Positions 53,145 through 64,000 of a stretch of 64,000 bases of DNA are shown here, one piece after another. The DNA lies in NCBI GenBank assembly GCA_951406725.2, contig OX597814.1, positions 30,008,001 through 30,072,000 on the forward strand, written 5' to 3'. Origin of the DNA: Octopus vulgaris. Lineage: Eukaryota. Both the position numbers and the translations under genes were made by a program. Every line of letters starts with the position of its first letter. Position 1 is the stretch's first letter. The notes beneath the pieces were generated by a model that was given only the letters and a program-made list of their open reading frames with translations, had not been told where the DNA came from and searched no databases.

Positions 53145-55593
53145 TTATTGTTTCTGGCACCCATCTACTTTCTCACCCTGCTTGTCCAAATTTATTTCTT
53201 AGATATTAAAAAGTGAGTATTGTAGTTGGATACTCCTTTGTTGAGATAAAGTGTCAACAGAAACTGTTAAATCATGAACTCTGGACTGCTTTCTAGTGAT
53301 ACCATGAACCAAAGGAAAGTACAGCTTACATGTGCTGGATTCCTTGTTTCCAGTAGCAAATAACTTTGAGTAATTTACAATGATTTGTTACCTTTGTCAG
53401 AGGCACAGTAGCTGTTGGGCTTTACTTGATTACTTGATTACTGACCACATGATCCTGACTTTAAACCTTACTACAATTATTGTGTTGTGCCTTTCCATAA
53501 GATACTTAATACTTGTACTCGACATGAAGTTAGTTTCACTGTTGTTGTTAAGCAACAAGACAGGTAAAGGTGATTAAGTGATGGTCTAGGGCTTAGGGGC
53601 GGGAGACCCCAGACCATGGGAAAAAAGAACTTTGGTCATCTTGTTGTAATCGAGGGCTCTTCGTTGACGCCCGACACCACTGAGAGGTAGCCCTCGAAGT
53701 CGCTGGAAATGGAGATCTCCAGGTCCAAATTCTTGAACAGCTAGTTTCACTGTTGTGAGATGAGGACTAGTGGAAACATCTAGCTGTAAAAGTGATTGCT
53801 CCAACAGCAAGAAAAGCCAACCTCAGTCATCAAACATGATAAACAACATATAAAACAGCTCACCCACCTTCCAATATCAAATTTAAATCTTTCACAGGAA
53901 TTTTGGAGAAATACGAGATTGGAATGACCTTTAGACCAGTCAGTCTGTTTCTTCAAAAAAGTTGTATGTCACCTACTCGTGACCTGTGATCTTAGCATGG
54001 TTTCATATCATCACTATCATTATCATTTAACATCTGTTTTCCATGCTGGCATGGATTAGACAGTTTGATAGGAGCTGGCAAGATAAGGAGCTGCACTGGG
54101 TTCCATGCTCTGCTTTGGCTTGGTTTCTATAGTTGAATGCCCTTTCTGTGGCACTAGCACCAGTGCTTTCTAGGTGGCACCATCACCTGTGCTTTTTGCA
54201 TGGCATCATCATCAGTGCTTTTTACGCAGCACCATCACCAGCGCTTATTCACATGACACCATCACCACTGTTTTTTACATGACAGCATCCACCAGTGCTT
54301 TTCACTTGGCACCATTACCCATGCTTCTTGGGTGTTGGAGGATGAAATGTGGGAGGGAGCAGAAGGTTGACAGCCAAAACCTCCCATGAACAAAAAGTGT
54401 TATTTAAAAACAAAGAAAGAAAATTCATTAAAATAACAACAAAAAAAAGGGATGAGGAATAAAAAGAAGTTATGTTGCATTTTGCTTATTTAAGATTCAA
54501 CATTATGCGAAAGTAAAATTGATGGAAATAAATATTTTTGTTAATTATATTTTATTTTAAATCATATAACCATAATCATATTTTTCTTTAATAATATTTA
54601 CTTCCTTTTATGATCTGAGTTCCAATTCTAGTGAGGCTTGCTTTGCCAGTGATCCTTTGATGGTTAATGGAATAAAATACCCAGTTACATACAAGCATGT
54701 CTGTGTGGTTAAGAAACTCTTGGCAACAACATGATTTTGGGCTCAATCCCACTGCACGACACATTTGGCAAGAATATTTATCAATAAAAGAATGCAAGAA
54801 AAGACGGCGAGATGGCAGAAACATTAGCACTCCAGGCAATATGCTTAGCAGTATTTCATCCGCCTTTATGTTCTGGGTTCAAATTCCGCCGAGGTTGACT
54901 TTGACTTTCATCCTTTTGGGGTCGATAAATTAAGTACCAGTTGCATACTGGGGTTGATCTAATCAACTGGTCCCCTGCCCCCCAAAAATGTCAGGCCTTG
55001 TGCCTAGAGTAGAAAAGAATAAAAGAATGTAAGAAACTAACAATTTACATTTGTTTAATTTAAGGAATTTAATTTATCTTTTATCTTTCACTTGTTTCGG
55101 TCATTCACTGAGGCCATGCTGGGGCACTGTTTTGAAGGGTTTAGTTGAACAAGTCAACTCCAGTACATATTCTTTAAAGTCTGGTACTTATCCAGTCGGT
55201 CTCATTTGCCAAACTGCCAATTACCAGAATGTAATTAAACTAACATCAATTGGTTTAATTAGTGGTGGAATAGACACACACAATGGGCTTCCACAGAGTT
55301 TTCATCTGTCAGATATAGGATGGAATGGGGTTATGGCAAAATACACTTGCCCAAGGTGCTGTGCAGTGGGACTGAACCCAAAACCATATTGCAAAGTGAG
55401 TTTCTTAACCACACATGGTTAGGACTTCTTAACTACACAGTTATGCCTACAAATAAAATAATTTGATTATTTTTTAATGAATTCTATTTGTTTTTAATGT
55501 ATCCCTTAATGTAACTATAAAACGTTCCTATTTATATATGCTTTTTATTTTTCAAAATTTTTATTCTGTTTCAATTTTCTATTTTCATTTTAG

Positions 55594-55810
55594 ATTTTGA
55601 TACACGTTATTTCTGGAAGTGGACAGACTTTGCTAGTTATCTACAGTTTTTAATTTTCTTTGTGGCCTTTCTCACTTTGATGAACTTCTTATTCCTTGAA
55701 AGTACTTTCTATGTTGAAACAGTTGGATTTTTGGCTGTGTTTGCTGAGGCTTGTTTAGGTGTGCCCCAGTTTTATAAAAATTTTCAGAATAAGTCTACTG
55801 TTGGAATGAG
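55594..55810 (+). CDS. SLC66A2: PQLC1/SLC66A2-like, coding exon 3
   Basis: Not in the ORF track. Acceptor ...ttttcattttag|AT, donor ATGAG|GTAAGT, 217 nt. Reads (D)FDTRYFWKWTDFASYLQF...VETVGFLAVFAEACLGVPQFYKNFQNKSTVGM(S), which contains the second PQ loop. Confidence 0.94.
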
Positions 55811-55831
55811 GTAAGTGTCACATTATGTAAA

Positions 55832-56023
55832 ATCAGCTGTGTGCATTGGGGTTTGTATATGTGAATGTGTGTGTGTGTGTTAGTAACTCTAAAAAGAAGG
55901 GTGAGTGGAAAAAAGTGTAAGGGACACTTATCAGCTGTGTGCATTGGGGTTTGTGTGTGTGTGTGTGTGTATGTTAGTAACTCTAAAAAGAAGGGTGAGT
56001 GGAAAAAAGTGTAAGGGACACTT
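55832..56023. repeat. Two-copy tandem duplication (~95 bp) just downstream of exon 3
   Basis: atcagctgtgtgcattggggtttgt...gtaagggacactta occurs twice. Confidence 0.9.
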
Positions 56024-56871
56024 AGAGAGAGAGGGGAGGAGTGAAAAAAAGGAAGAGTGAGAGAGAGAAAGAAAGAGGTAGTGAGTGTGCAGAAAGTGAT
56101 GGTGACAGCAGCATTTACTACAGGGTGGGGGAGGGAGAGAGAGAGAGATATGCTGCTATTATCATAGCCTTCAGCAGACACCTATTGCATCACATGACCA
56201 AATGACTGTCAAGTGACCAACAGACAAAAGTAGAAAACAATGTAGTTTTGTTTGTCTGTTACTTATGTTTTTATTTTATATCATTTTGATAATTTCTTAT
56301 AGTAGTTGTGCAGTGAAATAATTTAAGAAAAACATTGGGTATGGCAAATTAAATAGTTTTGTTTTATTGTTGATTAGCATGTGAAATGACCTCCAAAATA
56401 TTTTTTTTCAAAATATAGTTATTTTATAAGTTTTGAAGACTGTGATATGTTGAGGTCACTTAAAAAATTTGAACAAAAAGATTAGCTACACTATTTTAAA
56501 TTACAATGTAGAAAGAGAATCTCTCCTGAAAATTCTGATGTAAAAATCTAAAACCAATTTGAAAAGAAAAAAAAAAATAGCATAGCAGTAGAAATTTAGA
56601 AAGATGGTGAAGAGGTATCTGTATCAGTGCTAAAAAAATATGGAATACAAATTTATATTTTCATCACATTGACAGAAGAAAAAAAAAATTTAATGGGCAC
56701 CAGCATGGCTGTATGATTAAGAAGCTTGTGTTGTGTTGTAATCACAGGGTTTTGGGTTCAGTTCCATTGCATAGCACCCTGGGAAAATGTCTTCTACTAC
56801 AACCCCAGGCTGCCAGTCCAATGCTTTGCGAGTAATTTTGTTTTACAGGAATTATGTGGAAGCTTGTTGTA

Positions 56872-56920
<49 letters not shown>

Positions 56921-56923
<3 letters not shown>

Positions 56924-57322
56924 CGCAGGAGTGGCTGTGTGGTAAGTAGCTTGCTTACCAACCACATGGTTCCGGGTTCAGTCCCACTGCGTGGCATCTT
57001 GGGCAAGTGTCTTCTGCTATAGCCCCGGGCCGACCAATGCCTTGTGAGTGGATTTGGTAGACGAAAACTGAAAAAGCCTGTCGTATATATGTATATATAT
57101 ATGTGTATGTGTGTGTGTGTTTGTGTGTCTGTGTTTGTCCTCCTAGCATTGCTTGACAACCGATGCTGGTGTGTTTACGTCCCCGTCACTTAGCGGTTCG
57201 ACAAAAGAGACCGATAGAATAAGTACTAGGCTTACAAAGAATAAGTCCCGGGGTCGATTTGCTCGACTAAAGGCGGTGCTCCAGCATGGCCGCAGTCAAA
57301 TGACTGAAACAAGTAAAAGAGT
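56921..57322 (+). mobile_element. Young tRNA-derived CORE-like SINE
   Basis: A-box-like tggctgtgtgg, B-box-like ggttcagtcc, core cttgggcaagtgtctt. Nested inside an older relative (about 56695-57580). Another copy at 58263-58686. Confidence 0.88.
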
Positions 57323-57384
<62 letters not shown>

Positions 57385-58976
57385 CTGTGGGTGGGTTGTG
57401 TGTGTGTACGTGTCCCTTTCACCTGCTTGACAACAAATTTTGGAATGATTATCTCCCTGTAAATTAGTGGTCCAGTAAATGAGTCTGAAAAAATAAGTAC
57501 TGGGGTCAATTTGTTCATCTAAAATGCTTTCAGGTGGTGCTCCAGCTTGGCCACAGTCTAATGACTGAAACAAGTAGAAGAGTATCCATTTTCAATATTA
57601 GCGTGGGTTAGATGTTTCGACAAGATCCAACAAGCCAGTGGACTGCATCAAGTTATAATATCTGCTTTACCATGGTTTCTACAGCTGGGTACTGTTCCTA
57701 AGGCCAACCACTTTACAGAGTGTTGTGGGTGCTTCTTTTTTTTTTTTTTTGATAGCACTGGTACTAGTGAGGTCACCAACTAACTCACAAAACTGCTGCT
57801 TGACTGAGTGGGGAAGTAGTAGAGACTGAAGTAGCTTAATGCCAGGTGCTGAGATTCTGGCACGTAAAATGCACCCACTACACTCACGGAGTGGTTGGCA
57901 TTAGGAAGGGCATCCAGCCATAGAAACACTGCCAGATCAGACTGGGCCTGACGCAGCCTTCTGGCTTCACAGACCCCAGTTGAACCATCCAACCCATGCT
58001 AGCATGGAAAGCGGACGCTAAATGATGATGATGATGATGATGATGATAGAGGGACAAAAACAAGTGTTTTGCTGTTGAGGAGATGTGTGGTTATCCCAGT
58101 TGGAGGGTGAGATAGTGATGTGTTGATGTTTCAATACATTCTGTTAAGGTACATGAAGGTGGTGAATGTTAGAGAGAAAAAGGCAGAAGATAAGAAAAGT
58201 GGATGGGTAAGTTTGGGAAAGTGTGAAAGGAAAGTGATGGATGGTTAGAGATGCAGATAGGGGTAGGAGTTGCTGTGTGGTAAGTAGCTTGCTTACCAAC
58301 CACATGGTTCTGGGTTCAGTCCCACTGCGTGGAACCTTGGGAAAGTGTCTTCTACTATAGCCTCGGGCTGACCAAAGCCTTGTGAGTGGATTTGGTAGAC
58401 GGAAACTGAAAGAAGCCTGTCATATATATGTGTATATATATATATATGTGTCTGTGTGTATATGTTTGTGTGTCTGTGTTTGTTCCCTCCCCCCCAACAT
58501 CACTTGACAACTGATGCTGGTGTGTTTACATCCCCATAACTTAGCGGTTCGGCTAAGAAGAGACCAATAGAATAAGTACTAGGCTTACAAAGAATAAGTC
58601 CTGGGGTCGATTTGCTCGACTAAAAGGCGGTGCTCCAGCATGGCCACAGTCAAATGACTGAAACAAGTAAAAGAGTAAACAAGAGTGGAAGTGTTGGCAA
58701 TGGTGAATATCAGTTTGCTAGAGGTGAAGCAAATGAGAGCGGGTCAGGGAAGACAAGGTATTAAGAGGCAGTGCAATAAGATTTGAGAGTAGCAGTGTAC
58801 AGGGAGATGATGTGAAGTGTATGGGGGAGGGAAGAAGGATGCACAGTGACAGATAGAGGTCAGAAGTATATAAGGGTAAATATAATGAGTGATGCATGAG
58901 TGGGGTCCATCACTGGCAAATATGAGAGGGTGTTGAGCAGTAGAAAGATGTAACTCAAGAGAAAGGAGTGTTTAAT

Positions 58977-59458
58977 TAAGGTGGCGAGCTGGCAGAAATG
59001 TTAGCACGCCAGGTGAAATGCTTAGCGGTATTTCGTCTGCAAAAGGCGGCGAGCTGGCAGAAACATTAGCACACCGGGCAAAATGCTTCGCGGTATTTCG
59101 TCTGCCGTTATGTTCTGAGTTCAAATTCTGCCGAGGTCGACTTTGCCTTTCATCCTTTCGGGGTTGATAAATTAAGTACCAGTTACGTACTGGGGTCGAT
59201 ACAATCGGCTTAATCCGTTTGGCTGTCCTTATTTGTCCTCTCTGTGTTTAGCCCCTTGTGGGCAATAAAGAAATAGGTATTTCGTCTGCATTACATTCTG
59301 AGTTCAAATTTCGCCGAGGTCAACTTTGCCGTTCATCCTTTCCAGGTTGATAAATTAAGTACCAGTTACGCACTGGGGTCGATGTAATCAACTTAATCCC
59401 ATTGTCTGTCCTTGTTTGTCCCCTCTATGTTTAGCCCCTTGTGGGCAATAAAGAAATA
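58977..59458 (+). mobile_element. Meta-type SINE containing a second same-family SINE
   Basis: Outer TSD agaaaggagtgtttaat (58960-58976 / 59459-59475). Inner TSD ggtatttcgtctgca (59027-59041 / 59276-59290). Confidence 0.92.
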
Positions 59459-59688
59459 AGAAAGGAGTGTTTAATGGAAAATAAAGTGGGAAGGAGTGAT
59501 ATTAAGAATGAGGGTTAGGTAACAAAAGGAAATGGTTCCAAGGTGAGGATAACTGGCAACTCAGAAGAGATGAAATATTTGCACTTCTACATATTATCAA
59601 AGCAGCTGATTAGAAAGAAGAGCATGGTGAAGACTTGATGAGACAGTCTGGGTGTGGGGCCACAGACATAAACATAATGCTTTTAGGG

Positions 59689-59981
59689 CAGTGGTTCCCA
59701 AATCTTTTCAGTTTGCTGCCCCCTTGGCACACAGACCACATCCCCAGTACCCCCCTCCCCCCAAATACTTACTACTTTAAACATAGACTACTTTCTGCAG
59801 CAAATTCAAAACAACTGTATTTCACAAATAAAAGTTAACATAATTAATCCATTATTTTGGGTTTTTGCAACATTTATTGCATCATTTCGGCCACCCCATT
59901 ATCACCCTTCTTTTCTTCAACATCCTTCTGAGTCTTTCCACCACTCCCAGGAGGCAGTACCACCCACTTTGGGAACCACTG
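59689..59981. mobile_element. hAT (Charlie-like) MITE
   Basis: TIR CAGTGGTTCCCAAA / TTTGGGAACCACTG. 8-bp TSD ttttaggg / ctttaggg (7 of 8 match). Confidence 0.88.
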
Positions 59982-62900
59982 CTTTAGGGCTTCACTTTTA
60001 CTGAGACAAATAGGTCTTCTCAAGAACAGTGAATCATCAATCATTGCAGTCCTTTGTCATCTCCTCTGTAAGGTTCTACATCCTGAAGTCTTATTTTCAC
60101 TACTTCCTCGGACTCCCTTTTCAACACGTTCCATCCACATCTAGCAACCAGCCATTTTTAGCCTAAAGATGGTTATCCAAAAAAACGTAAAGAGCAGGTT
60201 GAAGAATTATTTATTCTTTTTGCTGACCATAAAAAAATAAAATAAAAAACATATGGCAAAGTTATTTATTAAAAATTATGGTCAATGATAGCAGAAATGG
60301 GATTTCCCCAACATTTTATAAAACCTTTAAACTGTTCTATTCTCAGAAAACAGTAACTGTCAACTAAGGTGGATCTCAATGAGTGATTTGAGTGGTGGGT
60401 ATGACAAGGATGCATCCTCTCTCCATTCTCTTTAGCATCTGCAAGGCAAGATATCTTAGTGTTTGATGGTACAGTTAAAATCAGTGAAAGAGCAGTTACT
60501 AATACTGTCCTCATTGCTAGTAGCTTAAAAGAATTGAGGATTTTGATAAAGAAAATAAAAGGAAAAAAGTGAGAAATATGATTTCTTCGTTAATTTTGAC
60601 AAAACTGAATCATTGATTATTTTGACAACATATGATCAGGATTGATATAACAACTAATAACCAAACTGTCAAAGTGGTGTATGAGTTTGGCTATCTTTGA
60701 ATTTTATTATAAATCAATGCCATGAGAGCAAAAGAGATAAAAGAGCAATTGCCAGATCAAAATCTGCTGTTATCTCTTCAAACCACATTTGCAAAAATTC
60801 ATCAATACAAAAAAAAAAAAAAAAAAATAAATAAATAAATAAATTGCTGCATATTTTGCTATTTCCAATATCAACATATGGACTTGAATACTGGATTTTT
60901 AAACAGCTGATAGAGAAAAGATGGAGAATTTCCATGTTTGGTATTATATAAGAATACTAAGCTTGACTGGACCAGACTAGAGTTAAGTGGAACTTTGTAA
61001 GAGAACTAGACTTGCTAAAAGTTAGGTTTTTGAGATATGTCATAAAGGTAGATGGTCTTCAAAAATAGTTGGTTATTGAAAAGCCCTTAGAAAAAGGCCA
61101 AGTGGAAGACTTCATCATCATCATCATCGTTTAACACCTGCCTTCCATGCTGGCATGGGTTGGACGGGGCTGGCCTGGCAGGAGCCTGCACCAAACTTCT
61201 GTGTCTGTTTTGGCATGGTTTTTACAGCTGGATGCCCTTCCAAATGCCAACCACTTTACAGTGTGGAGAGGATGCTTTTTGCATGGCACCAACACTGGCA
61301 GGGTTATTAAGTAACTTGCATGACAAAGATCCTTTGAGAGGAGAGGGGGAGCACTGAAGGAGGCGATCTTGTGTCAGATGATGAAAGGTTCAAGTGTGAT
61401 GGAGAGACAGAAACAGGTGACTTGCTGTAGAGGAGGTACACGGTTACCTGGCCAGAGAGAGAGATCAAGAATGAGGACAGAAACAGGTGTGCTTCTGTAA
61501 AAGGAGATACATGGTTATCCAGCCTGAGGGAAGAGCAAGAGAGAGAGAGATAGCAAGAGTGCAAGAGAGAGCAGGAGAGAGATGGTGATGAAGTTCTGGG
61601 GCATACTCACAAGGAATGGGGATCAGAATATAAATGGGATAGTTGAATAAAAGAAAAGAGAAATAGATAGTGGCAAGTGCCAGGGCACACCCTCAAGGTA
61701 TGGAGGTCATAATATAAGTGGTAGGGTATTGGCAAAGAAGCATAAGGGTCAGAAAATGAAATGAAATTAAAAGCATCTTAGAGGAGGAGTAACATCAACA
61801 CTTCTGCTGTGGAGGATGGGTCCATTTGAGTATGGCAAAGCACCAGATATCGTGGTCCTTTGTCATCTCCTCTGTAAGTTTCAGTGTCATAAGGCTGTCC
61901 TTCAATACATTCTAATATTGATATATGAGAAATTATTTTTAAAAAAAAATTGATAGGATTCAGAAATTTGTATCATGTCAAGATCTACTTCAAAGTTTTG
62001 ACAATCTCAAATAGTTTCTTGTTTGCATCAAAGTGTTTGGTTTCTCATTCCTATTCAGAGCCATAGAATGAATCAAACATTAAATATTTAACCTTCACAA
62101 AGACTGAATGTGTTTTACTCTCAAGTACATTTTTTTTAATATTCTTGTTGAGTCTGAAGGAAATGGTGAAGAAACACTTTAAAAAACTATAGAAAGTGTT
62201 GTACAGTGAGTTCAAACCTTGAACCTTGTGGTCACAAAGCAAACATTTTAACCACACAGCCATGCTCTTAAATGTCTAATTTTCATGCTGCTGACAACTA
62301 AGAATAATTTCATTTTCTAGTATTTCTTTTAATTATACCAACAAACCTACATATAAGTATGTTTACATAGAGATTCACTTGTTTAAAGACATCTGACCAG
62401 TTGGCACAGACATGGCTGTATGGTAAGAAGCTTAAAGCAAAAACCTGTTGTGTGTGTGTTTGTGTATGTGTTTGAATGTGTGTGTGTTTGAATGCATGTG
62501 TGTGTGAGTTACTGTCTCCTTACCTTGACATAGCATGATATTGTAAAACAGTCTCGCCATCATGCAGGCAGTATCCTTTGTTTATAATCTCTTCTACACA
62601 ACAAATGTCATCCGATCCATGCAAACATGGAAAAATGGATGTTAAAACTACTGATTGTGACAGAGTCTGGATCAGTTAAAGAGCTTCAACTAATGAGAAA
62701 CATATATACAAAGTTATCTCCCATGGACACTGATAACAACAATATTGACCACCAGCAAATATTGTTTCTCTTTTGCCAATATATCTGAATACACTTCAGC
62801 TCTTCATTGTCATAATAATTAAATATGCTTTTGCCTGCTTAACTCTCTAAATTTCTGCTGTTCCTGATAATAAATGCATGATATTGTAATGTTTTACTGG

Positions 62901-63259
62901 CATCTAAATATTTCTCAAGAGACACAGATACCATGTACAATAATATGATGGTAACAGCTGTAAGTTGTTAACTGTTGCATAATTGAAAATTTGTTTCCTG
63001 CTTGCCATCACAGCAGATATTACTCCAGTGTTATATCAAAAATAAATTCGGATTAGGAATATGTGTGTATATGTGTGTGTGTTCAGTGTCTTAATGTTTA
63101 TCATTTTGCATATGAGCACACATAAAATACATGCTTGTAGGCAAGTGTGTAGAATCTATTATATACTCCACACTCTCTCTTTCTCTCTCTCTCTCTCATA
63201 GATTGTTTTTGTTTATATTTTACACACACATAGACATAATGTAACCATATGTAAATATA

Positions 63260-63356
63260 TATATATATACACACACATATGTACATATATTTGCACTTAT
63301 ATATATGCATACATATTTATACATGCACAGCTGCATACATACGCACACACAATCAT

Positions 63357-63388
<32 letters not shown>

Positions 63389-63570
63389 TCACACATGCAC
63401 ACACACACGCACACACATATATACACATGCATGCACATATATAAATATATTTGTGGTTCTGTATTATATTTTGATGGATGATAATTTGATAATACTTGTT
63501 ATACAAACACACACACACACACACACACACATACACACACACACACATACAAATCCACATATATACTTTG
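63260..63570. repeat. (CA)/(TA) microsatellite field, representative of dozens of (TA)n, (CA)n, (TAA)n, (CAT)n and (TATG)n tracts
   Basis: Read directly. These tracts generate most of the YIYI/THTH/CVCV ORFs in the track. Confidence 0.95.
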
Positions 63571-63627
63571 CCATGTTTTTCTTCTTGTCAATTTTTTTAC
63601 GTATTTTTTTCCTCTATTCTTTTTCAG

Positions 63628-63817
63628 TAAAAAAATGGTTGGTTTTTGGACTCTAGGAGATGTCTTCAAAACTGTATATTTTATTTTAAGAGCAGCGCCT
63701 GCTCAGTTTTGGATTTGTGGTGTCTTACAAATATCTATTGATTTGTCTATATTTGCACAGGTTTTATACTATGGGGGGTTTCAGGGCCGCATTATGTCCA
63801 AATCAGCGGTCAGCTAG
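63628..63817 (+). CDS. SLC66A2: PQLC1/SLC66A2-like, last coding exon
   Basis: Acceptor ...tctttttcag|T. Reads (S)KKMVGFWTLGDVFKTVYFILRAAPAQFWICGVLQISIDLSIFAQVLYYGG...SAVS*, matching the PQLC1 GDxFKTxYF / APxQF motifs. Exon total 218+137+217+190 = 762 nt = 253 aa plus stop. Confidence 0.94.
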
Positions 63818-64000
63818 CCCAGACAATCTGGAAATGACTGTGGTGGAAGAAGCAGAACAACAACCAGAGAGCTAAACATGGTTATATTAATTTCTGTAAT
63901 TTCTTAAAATTGTTTGTTATTACTATGATTATTTTCATCATTATTATTATTATTATCGTTATTATTATCATGACTTGGTGCAATCTGACTGGCTTATGAA

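Noticed and set aside
53581-53790. Identification as U12, telomerase RNA, RNase P/MRP, HDV-like or twister ribozyme
   Set aside because: Only short coincidental matches (e.g. TGACGCCCGA). The required conserved boxes, template or pseudoknot strands are missing.
60269-60514. ORF with a faint hAT dimerisation-like LILTVPSN motif
   Set aside because: The ERxFS motif is absent and no TIRs were found. Unsupported.

Overview
AT-rich, repeat-dense animal genomic DNA. The SINE/LINE and microsatellite repertoire suggests a coleoid cephalopod, probably Octopus (inference). The only well-supported host gene is a + strand PQ-loop membrane transporter resembling PQLC1/SLC66A2. It has four coding exons (30667-30884, 37053-37189, 55594-55810, 63628-63817) that splice in frame through GT-AG introns into a 253-aa protein. 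The first coding exon is preceded by a splice acceptor, so much of 1-30651 is probably 5' intron. Nearly all other ORFs in the track are transposon debris or microsatellite artefacts. Mobile DNA includes a Gypsy integrase relic, two DD34D mariners, a DD37D (maT) element, piggyBac-, hAT- and pogo-type MITEs, RTE and RLE-type LINE 3' ends, and at least four tRNA-derived SINE families. The most unusual signals are: minimal hammerhead-ribozyme motifs in intron 2, including an inverted pair; two CpG-rich, multi-hairpin islands of unknown identity (25098-25349 and 53531-53787); microsatellite-anchored RLE LINE ends; a SINE nested in its own family with both TSDs intact; and inverted SINEs flanking an exon 2-3 block that would circularise in frame with no stop. 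I found no clearly novel multi-gene system, and the findings are hypotheses.
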